A DNA stretch of 64,000 bases from Octopus sinensis (GCF_006345805.1 NC_043006.1:682001-746000), one strand, 5' to 3'. Counted from the first letter of the stretch, positions 24,966-44,602 are shown. Program-made: numbers and translations. Notes: generated from the letters alone by a model not told the origin.

Positions 24966-26165
24966 ATATTGTACTTCATACTCTCCTCCCTTAGCCAACT
25001 CTCAATTAAAAGTCGCTATAAATGCCAAACATCACAAACACTGATAATTGCTAATGGTGACCCCACATTTATCATTTAGGGCCCAAAGACTAGTCCTCTT
25101 TATTAGAGCCACTCTGTCTCTTCAACCCTGATTACAACTGCATCTGATCTTTAGAACTAATAACTTGCGAATTGTTAGTCACTTCGATGTAAAATCACTG
25201 ACGCATCTGCCCCTCCTCATGTGACCAACCATTTTACGTCACTCCTTCCATGCCCCACCGACCAACTACTCTACCTATTCCTTCCTCGTTAGAACTTCAC
25301 CAACCGTTAGAATTTCTTTCCCGTCCGCATTTTTTCACCCGATGTCGACTTGTGTAACCAGGTTAACTCATTTTCACACGACAGGTGAAATTTTATGGAT
25401 TCTACAACAGCTCCGATTTAGAATGGAATTTAGCAGCTGTTTCAAGTTCTTTAAGACGGGAATATTATTTCGTGTACGATTATTTATAACCGTTTAGCAT
25501 TCAGATTACTCTGTCAAATGTAATGCTTATTGATTCACATTGTTTCGAGTTTATACATTATCTTGTAGCTTTGGGATTTATATGATCTGGTTGTTTATTT
25601 CTAGAATGACATTGCATGATAGGTGTGAGAGGCTTGATATGGCCTGTTTGAATACTAAAGGGACAAAGAAACTTACGGTTTCATTTTCACTTCATTCTCT
25701 CCATGGATCTGTGACTATTCCTGCACTCCCTACCATATGTTTTCATTCTCACTGCTCCAAACGGACAAATTATATCTTAAATAAGCTTTAGTTCCTTTTG
25801 GCGCCAGGTCAACATTGACCGATCAGACCTATCATGAAAGACATTCCAACCATGATTATCTTGTCTTTTTAGAGGTATATACAACATCATAATCTGGTGT
25901 GTCCTCTCCTTATTTAAGACAGTGGGATACAGTTTCTAGCAGGATATCATCATCATCATCATCATCGATATATCTTTGGAAATAAAAAACAAAAAACAAA
26001 ATTGTTTTGCAAGAACGAACTCCTTTTATGTTCTTGGATCTGTCACAGTGTGATTGAAGGTCTTCAGTTGATGCTGGTTTACAGAGAGATCAATGGACTT
26101 AAACTAAAGTAAAATCTCATTCCAGAGTAAGCAAAATAATTGTGGAGGATCTAATTTCTTGTGAT

Positions 26166-26435
26166 TACCGTAAATCCTCGAGTATAATCCGCAGGGAATT
26201 TTTAGGGGGCTGTACCTCTGAAAAACTTAAACCTTGTGTATAATACGCACCTCTTCTCTAACTTGAGTCAAGGAGGTCTATATAACGTCCTTGGTTTGTA
26301 AAAATGTGTACGGTAACGTCCTTTATTATTATTGTATATATAACATAATGCAAACGTATAGCTTTTTTGTGCATTTTGTTTGCAGAAAATAAAGAAATAA
26401 CAGTAACGGTACTTTACACAGTAATGATATATTTA
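26166..26435 (+). mobile_element. Tc1/mariner/pogo-type MITE fragment
   Basis: TA|CCGTAAATCCTCGAGTATAATCCGCA terminus with internal repeat tgtataatacgca; second TIR not seen. Confidence 0.45.
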
Positions 26436-26439
26436 GGTG

Positions 26440-26953
26440 TTTGTGAAGATACCATTGACTCTGTTACTATCTAGTGTAATAATTTAAAAATGATAATAAC
26501 CGAAAGAAAATATAGGCGATTGTAAGCACCAAAAAAAAAAAAAAAAGCATTAAATAGCTGAAAGACTAAAATTAATCAAAGGACATACTAAATGTGTCTA
26601 CCTGCTGGAAATAACAGTCAAGTCTGTCTCTGTAAGTCTGCTATATGAATCAATATGGAAGCATACTGAGAGCAATCTCTGATTTATTTTCTAAGATGCC
26701 AATGGCTCTTTGTCCCACTTTGGAAGATGGATAAAATGCAAATTAGATCTTGGTGAAATCTAATCTCGGAGAGGCTAAATAGATGAGTTCATTGTAATGT
26801 CTATGGATCCAGCAACAGACTGTTTGTGAAAACCTATTCATTACTGCATTAAAGTGTAAATAAAATCATATTTCTAAAAAATGTTCAGTAAATCTATGTT
26901 TTGCCATGATACCTTTTGGCTTTGTTCTTCAGTGTTTGAGAGGAACATGACAT

Positions 26954-26989
<36 letters not shown>

Positions 26990-27462
26990 TTGCACTCTGT
27001 CTACATGTCAGTCTACTTGTACTTTTCCCTCTCCCTCTCATGTATGCACACACGCACACATACACATGCTTACATACACATAAACCACAGGATTCTTTCA
27101 GTTTCCAGCTACTTTGGTTGGCTAGAATAAAAGGCACTTGTCCAAGGCATCCTGCTGTGGAACTAAACCAAAGACCACATGGTTGGGAAGCAAACTTCTT
27201 AAACTTACAGCAATGCTTATACCTCTCTCTCTCTAATCTATATTTATATATCATTTCAATATGGAGCAAATAATTCATGAAAAAGTAATTTGTGAAGATA
27301 CCATTGACTCTGTTACTATCTAGTGTAATAGTTTAAAAATAATAATAACCGAAAGAAAATATAGGCGATTGCAAGCACCAAAAAAAAAGCATTAAATATC
27401 TGAAGGATTAAAATTAATCAAAGAACATACTAAATATGTCTACCTGCTGGAAATAACAGTCA
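26440..27462 (+). repeat. About 180-bp direct repeat (26440-26621 and 27289-27462)
   Basis: tttgtgaagataccattgactctgttactatctagtgtaata...cctgctggaaataacagtcaa occurs twice. Confidence 0.9.
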
Positions 27463-27692
27463 AAACTCTTATTTAAATCGCCAAAATACACTGATAATAA
27501 CTATGGAAACCAACCGTCTGAAGGCAAACGATCTAAAACAATCTCCTAACGTACATTCAAGTATTTGGACTCATGTGGACTGGTTTCTGCACAGGCAAAT
27601 AAACTCAGCTTCCATTATTATCTTGTCCTTATTCTTAGTGCAAGTTTTGAAGAGTGCAGTTCAAGTTTAACGGTTATATTTTCAAAGCTATA

Positions 27693-28672
27693 ATGGAAGT
27701 GACAAAGGAGCATATTTGGCATATTTTGCTTTATGAGTTCAATAAAGGCAACAATGCAAAGGAAAGTGCGAGGAATATTAATGCAGTATATGGGGATTGG
27801 ACAATAAGTGTAAGCCAGTGTCAACGGTGGCTCCAGAAATTCCAAGTTGGAAACTACAGCCTAGAAGATGAGCCTCATCCTGGAAGATCTGTAGAGCTCA
27901 ACTAGGATGTCCTGCAAACCTTGGTGGAACAAAATTGCATCGTAACTGTTGAGGAACTAGCAGAGAAGCCGGGATTTGGTCAATCAACCATTCAACCATT
28001 TGCTGGAAAAATCAGCAAATTGGGTCCATGGGTTCCTAACAAACTTTCTGAGTCTAACCATGCACAGAGAGTGAAGGTGTGCTCTTCTTTGCTGTCACAT
28101 CTCATGAATGAACCTTTTTTGGACAGAATAGTAACTAGTGACAAGAAATGGGTTCTCTATAAAAATATCAAGCACTGAAGACAGTGGGTAGGGAAAGGAG
28201 AAACACCAGTACCCCAGGCTAAAGAAGGTCTTCCCCCACCTCAGGTGTTGTGATCTGTTTGTTGGGATATGAAAAGTTTAGTCCCCTTTGAACTTTTAAA
28301 CCCAAACCCAAACAATAACAAGGGAGATCTACTGTGAGCAGCTTTAGTTTGAAGTTGAAAAGTGTTTTCCATCAGAATAATGCTTGGCCACATACAGCGA
28401 GGATGACATTCCAAAGGCCGAAGCAGTGTGAATGGTAAGCGATGCCCCACCCACCATATTCGCTGGACATTGCCTCATTTGATTATCATTTATTCCGCAA
28501 TCTTCAAAATCATTTTGACGGAAAAAATATGAATTCTGTAGATGAGGTCAGAACAGTACTGGAGGTGTATTTTTCATCATGGACAAGCGAATTTTGGAAG
28601 ATGGGCCTTGCAAGTCTACCAGTTAGATGAAAGAGAATTGTAGAAAATGAAGGGGAGTATATTTTAGATTAA
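27693..28672 (+). pseudogene. Mariner (DD34D-type, SETMAR/Mos1-like) transposase pseudogene
   Basis: MEVTKEHIWHILLYEF..G....., LEDEPHPGRS, WVPNKL (WVPHEL), IVTSDKKWVLY (TGDEKW), HPPYSLDIASFDYHLF (YSPDLAPSDY), ...GEYILD*; multiple stops and frameshifts. Right TIR-like cattatttatgggatgacccTA at about 28729-28750; left TIR not found. Confidence 0.92.
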
Positions 28673-28793
28673 AAAAGAAATTCGTTCATCTTAAATTTGA
28701 AAAATAAAAAATAAATATAAAATAACTGCATTATTTATGGGATGACCCTATATATATATACATATATATATTATATATATATATATATACATA

Positions 28794-28893
<100 letters not shown>

Positions 28894-28901
28894 TATATAT
28901 A

Positions 28902-28987
28902 GGCCAACTAAAGGCTTGTGAGTGGATTTGGTAGATGGAAACTGAAAAAATGCCTATTGTATGTGCTTATATGTATGTATGTATGCA

Positions 28988-29026
<39 letters not shown>

Positions 29027-29114
29027 TACATATACATACATACATATAAGCACATACAATAGGCTTTTTTTCAGTTTCCATCTACCAAATCCACTCACAA
29101 GGATTTAGTTGGCC
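28902..29114. repeat. Foldback inverted repeat (about 87-bp arms) around (TA)n
   Basis: ggccaactaaa..cttgtgagtggatttggtagatggaaactgaaaaaa.gcctattgtatgtgcttatatg and its reverse complement. Confidence 0.9.
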
Positions 29115-29499
29115 CAGAGCTATAGTACAAAGCACTTGCTTATGCTGTGAAACTGAACCTGAATTGACATGGTTGGCAAACAAACTTCTTAACAATACAG
29201 CCGTGCCTGCTCCTGTTAGAGTGAAAAAAGCAAAGATAAATTGAAAGAACAAAGTAAGACAACTGTAGTCTGTGAGAAAAAGGTTTAATCAAAGTAGCCA
29301 TCATTGTCATGAAAATAGTAAAGTGCAAAGTTATATATACAAAAAAAAAAAAAGGTATGTTTAAAATGTTCCATAAAGATTGGGATTGGAGGACAGGTAG
29401 AGAGGAAATGGTGGCTAATTTAGCAAGAATGAACAGGTTGATTTGAAGCAAGAGGTGTTGTCTTGAGAATACAAGCATGCACGCAAACATGCGCACAAG

Positions 29500-33400
<3,901 letters not shown>

Positions 33401-34568
33401 ATACATAAGTCATATTATGAACTAGATCAGAAAAATCTGTTGCGTTTCTTAAAAAGTGGATTTTGAGCAAAATGGTGTTGATTGGAGAAAGAAGGTTAAA
33501 ATATTGAAAATATATTTTGGTGACACACAAATATTTTTACACATACACACATATACACACTGCACTTATACACATGCACCTATGCATCCATACACATACA
33601 GACTTTTACATGTAAACTGTTTTTTGTTTGTAGGTTATATATACTATGTTATGTGTTTATGTGCTTTATATATATGTGTATGTGTGTGTGAGTTGTGTGT
33701 GTGAGTTGTGTGTGTGAGTTGTGTGTGTGTGTGTGTGTGTATGTGTGTGTGTATTTTGCTTAACAGGGACATAAGATGTACTTTATTACAGTCATATACT
33801 TTTAGAAAGAAATCCAGATATACTGCTTATATGAGCTTATGTTTTACATTGATTAGATAAGGTATATAGATCGCTAGATAGATAATTAGATAGACAAATA
33901 CTATAAGAGTCCATGTTGAGGACTTTCTATGTACAAAACTCCTCTTGATATGGGGTCCTATATTGTCTCAGTAACCTTTAATATCATATATATCATGCAG
34001 TATTTCACAACAGCTACAATAAATGTTCTATTATAATCCAATAGATTAGTTTCAGTACTTCGTTTTATATTAAGCATATTGATAGGGAGTAAAAATCATC
34101 TAAAAATTAAATTGTAATTATCATATAATTGTGTTTTTTTTTCTTTGTATATGTGGACAGGGAAAATATTAGTAGCCTAAAACCATTTGTTGTAAACACT
34201 TCATGTTTAATATCGGTTTCAGTGAAAAAAGTGTGTGCTATATTATGGATTTTTTGCAGGAGATAGAAACTTAGATTAGAAGGTAGTCAAACAGGTAGAT
34301 AAATAGATAGATTGACAGATAGACGATAGATAGACTGATAGATAGATAGATAGGTAGATAGATAGATAGATAGATAGATAGAGGGATAGATAGATAGATA
34401 GATAGATAGACAGACAGATAGATACTCAGTTATATATGCAGACCTAGGCTTCATGTTGGTATTTTGGTTGAGATCCTTGTTATCAGCATTTATCAATACC
34501 CATATGATCTATTCTGAAAATTTTCTCCATTTAATTTGTGATGATTCACATTTCATTTTCATAGAGAT

Positions 34569-34608
<40 letters not shown>

Positions 34609-34716
34609 ACACACACACGCATACACAGACACATACACATGTATGTATATATGTGCGTGTGTATGAGATGTAAAATATATACCTACACATATAAATATAT
34701 GCAAAACACTCAAATG

Positions 34717-34750
<34 letters not shown>

Positions 34751-34981
34751 CTGTAAAGATTATATGTAGCAGTTATGACCAGGTGTACTGTAGCTTCCAC
34801 AAGTTTGAACCAATGATGCAAAAAACTGGATCACAAAGTTGAGACAACAACATCATCAAAGATTAGCTGCGAAACAGAGACACCAGCATATGTTTTACCA
34901 TGATGGTTCAAAGACACACACACACACAAATATGTATGCTGATGCACAAATATATATTTACACACACCCACAAATACACAC

Positions 34982-35143
<162 letters not shown>

Positions 35144-35505
35144 AGGTATATTTATGTATGATGGAAATATTTTTCCTTGATAGGCATTTAGATGAAAAAT
35201 ATTTCCATGTTTCTTTGAAGAAGATTGATTCCAGTGTAGTTCCAGAGTTTCTAAGGATTTATCTCCCTTGATCATAAAACCTTGGAATTCTTGGAAACAA
35301 CGTCTCTAATAAGAAAAAAATCTCAGAACAGAAAATATATCGAGAAGTGATATTTGGATTTTCTTGTCATACATAAAGAATTACATTGGATGCTGATTCT
35401 GCTTGCATTTGTTGGTATCTGATGGTTTGAGAGAGTTTACCAAATTTATTTAACACTGAGTGCTTTATAAATATCTGCCTGGATTTATTAATCACTTTTT
35501 CTTTC

Positions 35506-35542
<37 letters not shown>

Positions 35543-36025
35543 GTATATATATAAATGTGTGTGTGTGTGTGTGTATGAAGTTTTGACCAAAAAGCAACAA
35601 AATACAGAATTCAATTCACAAAGCTAGGAATATTCTTTGATAAATTGCTACTGAATACATACACAGACACATACATTCATATATATATACTTGTGTGTGT
35701 GCGTATATATATATATGTGCGTGTGTGTGTGTATCTCTATATATATATGCATGTATGTACAAGTGTGTGTGTACAGTTGTTATCTCATATCTGTCTCTAG
35801 CTTTACGTATTATACTATATAAACATGGAAGACTCACAGACAGTACCATGGTGCTATCCGATTACCAATTGGTAGTCAACACTCATACCACAAATTTTAG
35901 AAATAACTGAAGATGAAATTAGATACGAAATAGAATTTCTCTTTCTTTTACTGTTTCCATTACCATATTTTCACTAAAATTTATACATTAACATATCAAT
36001 GTCTAAATTTTTATGAAAATATAGC

Positions 36026-36057
<32 letters not shown>

Positions 36058-38327
36058 AATGGTCTAATATCAGTTTATAAAGAAAGAAGAGAAATTAATA
36101 AGAAACATCAATATTTTTCTACCTGTATATATCTATCCATGTATATACCTACAGACATCTACACCCACCCACACACATATGTTCAGGTGTAATTGGTCAT
36201 TATTCAGTTGTCAGATGCATACATATCACCTTATAGTGTAAAGTCCTATTTGATACAGTGCTTAATTGGAAAAGACTACTAACCATAGGTAGACTGCAGA
36301 CAAAGCTGACCTTTCACAGTACAACAGGCTCTCGTGGTCACATACATTGACATCAGTTAGAGGAAAAGATGTCCTTTCCCCTTTTTAAAATACATAATGG
36401 GTCCACTAAGGGTGTGACTGAAGAGATTTTACAGTGTATCAAATAAGGCATGTCATGTTTGCACAGCACATCACCCATCAAGTTACGTTTACCTGAATAA
36501 CTGAAGCAGCCACTGAGAACAGACAAAATTTTATAGATCTGCAACTGGAAATTCTCCTTTCTCAAATTCGTGTTCTTACCTGAGACTGCCCTTGGACCTA
36601 TGATAGCAGATGAGTTACCTGTTTTAAAGAGATCTAAATTAAAATTGCCATTAAGATTTCATGTTGGTTTATGATCCAAACACCGGATTAATAACGATAA
36701 AATTATTTTACTAAATTCATCTTTTCAAAATTAAGTGAAACAAAGGCGGGATATTCCAACAGAAATATGGTAACAAAAAAGTTAAATTGATTTAAATTAA
36801 AACCTCCCATTAAAATTTCATGTTAATTCGTTCCAGACACCAAATTAATCATGACAGCTATTTTTACTGAATTCTTCATTATTTTCAAAATTAATTGAAG
36901 CAAAGGCAATGTATTTGAAGAGAAATACAGCAACAAAACGGTAATGCTTAGTGGAATGGAATAGTTTGTGTGACTTGTTTTCTCCATCATTGGTCATGGT
37001 GCAGAAAAGCTGTTAGAAAGGGAATTATCAAATTTTAATCAAGCCATTGAATTTATTATTATGTATAAAAAGTGACAGGTTACTGTTATAATAAATCCAA
37101 TAATGGATTATTTGCCATGATAGAATTTGTAAAGCTTTAATGGTTTTAATGGTCCTTTGAAGATAGACATATACATAGTCATATGTTCACATATATAAAT
37201 CTATGCATATATCCAGGTGTATATATCCAATTCTATATAATGCACCAAAAGATCTTTCAACAAAGAATATTTAGCTTCAGAAAATCTTTTTTTAAAACTA
37301 GATTTAAATATGATTTCTAAAGAACAAATTTGATTTAGTCAACATCAGAGAACTACTGGTAATTTTTTATTTTATTAGCCTTCTCCTTTCCCCAGAATGA
37401 CCAACTTGATCCTTGTAACATTTGAACTCACAAAATAGGGCGATGAAACTAAAATAACTCTAGGAATTTAGATCTATACTCTAGCATTGTCAACTTGCAT
37501 TCCAATAGTATTTTTTGATCTACATGCTGGATAAAACTTCAGATATGCCTCTAAAGACTTATCTATGCTGGTTGTTTGTAGCCCTGCCAATCCATACAGC
37601 CCAAATGCGGACTGACCCTGGTGCTTCCAGGGTCAAATGATTAACCATGGCCATCTAGATGGAATTTGCACCCAGAAAGGAAAAAAGTTAAAACAGCTAC
37701 CACAAATCATTAGGTTTGATACTCTTACAATTCCATCAACCACCACACTGGATTGCTACTCTATTGACCCAAAATAATAAACGGTAATGTTGGCCTTGAT
37801 GAGATTTGAACCTGGAGTATATTCATTGCCAACATAATACTCTGTTATCATATTCATTATCAGTGAGTTTTACATCTGCCTTTTTGGTCTGGCATGGATT
37901 AGGTGGACTCTCTGAGATAGCATTTTATGGACCGATGCCCTTTCTCTCACCAACCCTTTTAGTTGTCTTACAATATACATTAACCCTGACTATTTATTCA
38001 AAGATTGGAAATATGTTAACTATTTTTCTTTACATTATCTCAGCAGCTTCTTACATTAAAACCCTGTTTTAGTTATTTCTCCCCCCCCCCATTACTCTTC
38101 TGGTTGCCTGCCTCTCCCTCTCTGCCAGTTTGTCAACCTGTCTCTCTAACCGAAATATCTGTTAAGAATTCTGCTAATTCCATGAGGCCTGTACATTATT
38201 TATAATCTCTTGGTTTCCATGATATTCCTCCTATCAATGGCCATTTATTATTATTGTCATTATCATTAATATTGCTATTGTTATAGTTGTCATCATCATC
38301 ATCAGCAGCAGCATTATATGTTTCACT

Positions 38328-38435
38328 TTTGCTTTGTATTGGTACAAGTCGGTTCCAAGTCTCACCCAGCGACTTCAAGAGACAACAAGTTAGAAGTTCA
38401 AGTTGGTGTTATGACTAGGGTGCCATATTTTGCAC
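38328..38435 (-). mobile_element. Short LINE 3'-end fragment (Dong/R4-like), second copy about 41866-41978
   Basis: tccaagtctcacccagc.acttcaagagacaacaagttagaagttca.gttggtgttatgact..ggtgccatat present twice, both beside (TTA)n. Confidence 0.55.
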
Positions 38436-38437
38436 AA

Positions 38438-38468
<31 letters not shown>

Positions 38469-38529
38469 GAGTGAGAAAGCAGTTCATGCCATCAAAGTGA
38501 CACTGGGGTAAAATATACGAAGCCCAGTA

Positions 38530-38564
<35 letters not shown>

Positions 38565-39371
38565 TATTATTATTATTATTATTGTTATTATTATTATTAT
38601 TTCAAGAAGATTTGAATTACTGATATTCTTCAGCTGATTGTCCCTGAATATCAACAATTTCTTGGTTGCTGTTTCTGTTTATCAGTGACTGGCCCCCATT
38701 TCTTTATATTTCTCCAAATGTTAATTATCACTTTTTGACTACCTATCTCAGTAGATTATTCCACACCTAATAATCTCCGTATATTAATGACTCCTCCATG
38801 GCTTGAATATTTGACCCCTTCAATTCTTAAATATATAAGTCTTTATTTAGACAATAACAGCCATTCTGGCAGATTTCATGGTCAAAATTCTGAAGAACAT
38901 TGAATGAAAAGCAACAATGCTGAAGCCATCCTCCCCTCCTCCTCCTCCTCCTCCTCATTATTATCTTCATCATTGCCATTGTTGTTGTTGGTCAACATAT
39001 GTTTTTCTGCTTGTTGCACACCCTATGACCTGTGAATTATTGCAGTATTTATTCAGGTAATTAATATTTGTTATAGGTTAATGACAAACATTATATATGT
39101 TTGTCATTAACCTATGACAAACATTCGTTATTTACTGATGCCTATCTCCATATATGAGGACAACCCTTATGCTAGAAGTAGATCCGCTATGGTCTAACCA
39201 CTAAGAAATGTTCTCAAGAAAAATTTAGCAAACACCAGAACATAAGCGTTGTCCCTCTCATATGTATATAATATAATTTACTGAATCTTCAGAATTTTAG
39301 TATGCTAGACCACTGGTGTTAAATTGATGTTGATTAAATTAATATCCAATTTCTCACCCTCATTTTAAATT

Positions 39372-39408
<37 letters not shown>

Positions 39409-41776
39409 CTTTAGCATTTACACTGATCATACCTGACTCCTATATTTTCTGTTATGTTCAAACCGGCCGGATTAAGCCTTTTACATCTGCCCTACAATAT
39501 CATTTTTAAAACAAGCAATCGCATCATCAAAATCTTGAAGATAATGCATGATTAGTTACAATGTGAATGAATTATTATTATATTTGACAGAATAATCTGA
39601 ATGCTAAATGGATATTAGTAATAACTGAAGTTCCTTACTACTATTACCGTTAGCTTCTCACTACAGTATGCCCCTCACCAAAGAATATAAGCAACTATCT
39701 TTTAACTTTTAAGCATTTGCAACCATTCTACTACCATAAGAAATGAGTTATCATATACTGTTATATCTGTAAATTAGTTATTTATCTGTGGCGCATGTAG
39801 GTTATTTGTGCTCTTAATGCATCAAAAATTTTTATTAGTAACAGTGATCCTACATGGTGCGTATATAGTAGATACTCCTTACTCACTTGCAGTACTCCCT
39901 CACACTGTTATTTGCATACAGTATCTGCTTTGAATAAAATATTCACTTTATCTATGTTACAATGAATTTTAAGACTTGGCAAGAATATCGTCACTGTAAT
40001 TATGTATCAAGCTTGGCAGTAAGGCCAACAGAGGCAATTTGAAAAACAGACTGAATATTATTTTGATTAATAAAGATTTATAGCAGGGGGAATCTCAATG
40101 TAAGCAGTTTGTTTATTGGTTGTTTCTTTTTTATTGCAAAAACGAGAATCGTCCAGCCAGGTGTCAATTATTTTTTATATTTTATTTTCCTTTGATGAAA
40201 TAAGATGTCATCTTGCGAAGCTTGCTAAACTAAACTACAGATATTAACTCTTTCGATACCAACCCATCTGAAACCGCCTCTGGCTCTGAGTACAAATGTC
40301 TCGTTTCTATAAGTTTTGAATTAAAATCTTCCACCAAGCCTTAGTCACAATTTATGTTCCTAAAACTAGCTGAATGATAACTAAGTTATTTTACTAAATT
40401 CTTTGTTATATTTAAAATAATTCAAAGAAACACAGAGCATCTCAAAATAAATACAGTAATACAGTAAGATTCAGACTGAATCTTAAGGGTCTTCTGGGGC
40501 TAATACTCATATTAGTCTGATCTGTTTTCACTTATTCATATATTTATTCTTCTGGTTACTTACCATACTCTGGTTCAATACCTGCTTCATATCTTACATC
40601 GGAATTCCCATTTGCTTCTATAAGTTTGTATTTTTTTACGCAGTAAACAACTCAACATTTCTTATTTTGCTTTCTCTTGTCAACAGCATTCTTCCTCAAA
40701 CATTGCAGTCTCTTCTAGCTTTCATATTCTATATTTCCTGCAGAAGTTTCTTTTATATATTTTCTTTCTTTGGTATTGATATATTTATTCTCATAGAAGC
40801 AACTCAATAAATATCCCTGATTTACTATTTTTCCCCTCCCCGATCACCTGCTTTGGTGTTGTTCCCAGTTATACTATGATAAGCAAGAATGAATTACTTG
40901 CACATGTCCCAGGATTTTCTCAGAGAGTTGGCCAAGTTCCAATATGTTATTTTCATACAGAATATATGATACTGCCTATTACCACGCATACTATTATATT
41001 ATATGCCAAAAACATGATATTACATACCTTGGCTCTGATATCATATCAGGAATAGTAAAATATATGATATATATATTTCGATTGCCCTGTCATACGACTC
41101 ATTCTATGATCTGATATACTTTGCCTTTTGCTCTATTTTGAGCATTATCTAATCTTTATTATTTTTGTTAAATGCTTACTTTGTACTAATAAATAACACA
41201 GGAACTTACAATAGTCACTTCTAATTAGTTTTCTCTTTGGTAATTGAACTATTTTCATCTAATTTATATTAAAATTTCCTGCTAAACATTCCTTGGTGTC
41301 ATGTAGTCTTTTAGGGTGGTTTTAGAATCTGGTTTCAATTCCTAGACTAGGTTGTGCATTGTGTCCTTGAGCAAAACACTTCATTTCATGTTGGTTTGCA
41401 TTCATATGGTACACCTGTTTCAGGCAACGTTGATTTGATGGAGGGAGTGAGCTAATGTTACAGCACATACAAAAACTGAAGACTCTTATGTCATCTTTGA
41501 CAAGAGAGTTGATTGTTATTATCATTGTTATCATTGCTGTGATCATTACCAACATCATTATCAGGGCAATGAACTGGCAGAGTTGTTGGAACAGCAGTAA
41601 AAATGCTTTACAGTAATAGCTCCAGCTCTTTACATTCTGAGTTCAAATCCTGTCCTGTTCAGCTTTGCTTGTCATCCTTTTGGATATTCTATATTGAGGA
41701 CCAGTCGAGTAATAGTGTTGATGGTACCAGCTGACACCCATCTCCAAATTTCTAATCTTGTACCTATATCAGAAAC

Positions 41777-41834
<58 letters not shown>

Positions 41835-42058
41835 GTTATTATTATTACTTTTATTATATATTTGATTTTTGCTTTGTATTTGTTGACTCCAAGTCTCACC
41901 CAGCAACTTCAAGAGACAACAAGTTAGAAGTTCATGTTGGTGTTATGACTAAGGTGCCATATATTTGGTTTTGTACATAGCATTGTTCCAGAGAATGTCT
42001 GTCAAAATGTAAGAAAATTAGTAGCTTGTTATTATAATTATTATCATCATCATCATCA

Positions 42059-42120
<62 letters not shown>

Positions 42121-43770
42121 GATGTTATTAATGGTATTTTCATCATTGTACTATAAACTGTGTAGTAATAAGTTGAACTGGAAAGATCTTACTAATGTGT
42201 TTGTTGACATTTACGATAATCATTAAACTACTGGTAAACTTAATTATCCATGGAAATCCATTTAGTTTCCAAATGCCTCTAAAGATTTTGAGAAAGGTAT
42301 GAATGTCACATAATCTCATTCCATTCCACTATAGATTTGTGGCTGTGGTTTACTCAACAATCACTGCCATTGTTGTTGCAATAATCTAGGTTGATGGTCA
42401 ACTGTTACTTACTGATTGGTTAGTCATTGTACCACAGAACAGGGAGTGGATTGGTTATGTCTGTGCTTCACCTTAGAGCTAATTGCTTTTGTTGTTGTTG
42501 TTGCTGTATAACCCTAGGTAATGTCTGAATGAGATCTATGACCAAAAACACTCCAGTCAAGACCATCCCATTATTTTTTAAGGGTTATCTAGCACCACAT
42601 TAACCAATGTGTCTTTCCTTGTTTAAGACAGAGGGGTGGAGGTTAGGGATAGATTTGAGTGAGGTTTAGTGTCTATTTCTTACAGTTTAAATGACTTACA
42701 TAGAGTTTCACCACTCCTATTTAAAGGATCTTTTCAAGGGCATACAGTGCTGAGCTGAAAAGCCTCAAGTGGGCAAGGCACACACAGAAAAGGAATAGGT
42801 GTTGCAATAACAACAACAACAACAACAACAGTAACACCAGCTACAATAAAAAAAAAAGCCACACCAAAAATACAAAAAGCATTAATAAACAATAACAACA
42901 ACCATTTCTTGGCACAGAAGCTTTTTTTTTGTGTAAATGGCAATAGAAATTAAAGAATATCTCTCAGACTTTTAAATTTACTCCTTTGACCATTCAGAAG
43001 GTAACAGTTGCTCACAATGGCACAATATTTGCATAAAAACAAAACAAAATGCAAAAAAAAATACCCCAAAACAAAACGAAACAAACAAACCAGAAAACAA
43101 ACGAAAATAAACAAAAACAAAACAACTGGATGTTAATTGTGGACCACTGTATTAGACTAATTGAATATTTAAATTGGTTTGTTTCAGATTTTAACACTGG
43201 AGTCAAACACTGATATGGTTTTATTGACCTTTCATCATTCCAAAATCATAACAAGATAAGCAGGTGTGTGTGATATTCTTCTTCTGGATAAAATGTCTCT
43301 AAAACATTTCCAGATAATTTGATTCCTATTCCCGACCTTTCAGTACAACACCTTGTCTCACATTGACATGAGCAATGCAAAGAGGATAAAAGAATGAAAA
43401 ATTATTATTTGATACACAGAGTGCGACAGGAAAACCTCCTATATTTTACACAGCCAGTGGGGTGGCGCTAGTGAAGATAAGCAAGTAGTAGAGATCTCTT
43501 TATATGGCTAATGCTTTATTGTTTTTTTTTTATTAGTTACCATCATGGTTTGTACCAGTGCATACCATGCATTTATTGTCGAAATATTTATCAAGAATGG
43601 TGAATCAGAGGTTTTTTTATCGCACATTGTTCAATAAGATGAGTTTAGTTCAATAACATACTCAGTGAAACAGGGCAAATTTAGCAAATCTCGTCAACTA
43701 GCACACCTACATAAAAATAGGAACAAAACACCTCGTAAATGTTTTTACACCAGTTTCCTTATATATATAT

Positions 43771-43831
<61 letters not shown>

Positions 43832-43930
43832 GCACATGTACATACATACAGACACATAACAATCCTCCTTTGTTTAATTTTTTATGACATAACATAAAAA
43901 TAAACACACACACATACACATGGGTGTATG

Positions 43931-43998
<68 letters not shown>

Positions 43999-44026
43999 TA
44001 TGTATCTATCTATGTGTGTCTGTCTG

Positions 44027-44091
<65 letters not shown>

Positions 44092-44214
44092 GTGTGTACA
44101 TATATATTCGCCATGCTGGACCACTGAACTCAATAGATTTGTTTGTTGTTCCTATACCTGTCTTTGTCTTTGTTTTTCTATAATTTTTAACTATATATCA
44201 TCGTCATCATCATT

Positions 44215-44288
<74 letters not shown>

Positions 44289-44387
44289 ATAGACTGATAG
44301 ATAGATAGGTCAATGGATAGATAGATAAATGGACAGATAAGTAGACACATAGACATAGAGATAGATAGATAGACAAATAGATGATTA

Positions 44388-44390
44388 GAC

Positions 44391-44475
<85 letters not shown>

Positions 44476-44488
44476 AATAGATAGATAA

Positions 44489-44568
<80 letters not shown>

Positions 44569-44570
44569 AT

Positions 44571-44600
<30 letters not shown>
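44388..44600. repeat. (ATAG)n microsatellite
   Basis: Direct reading. Confidence 0.98.
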
Positions 44601-44602
<2 letters not shown>

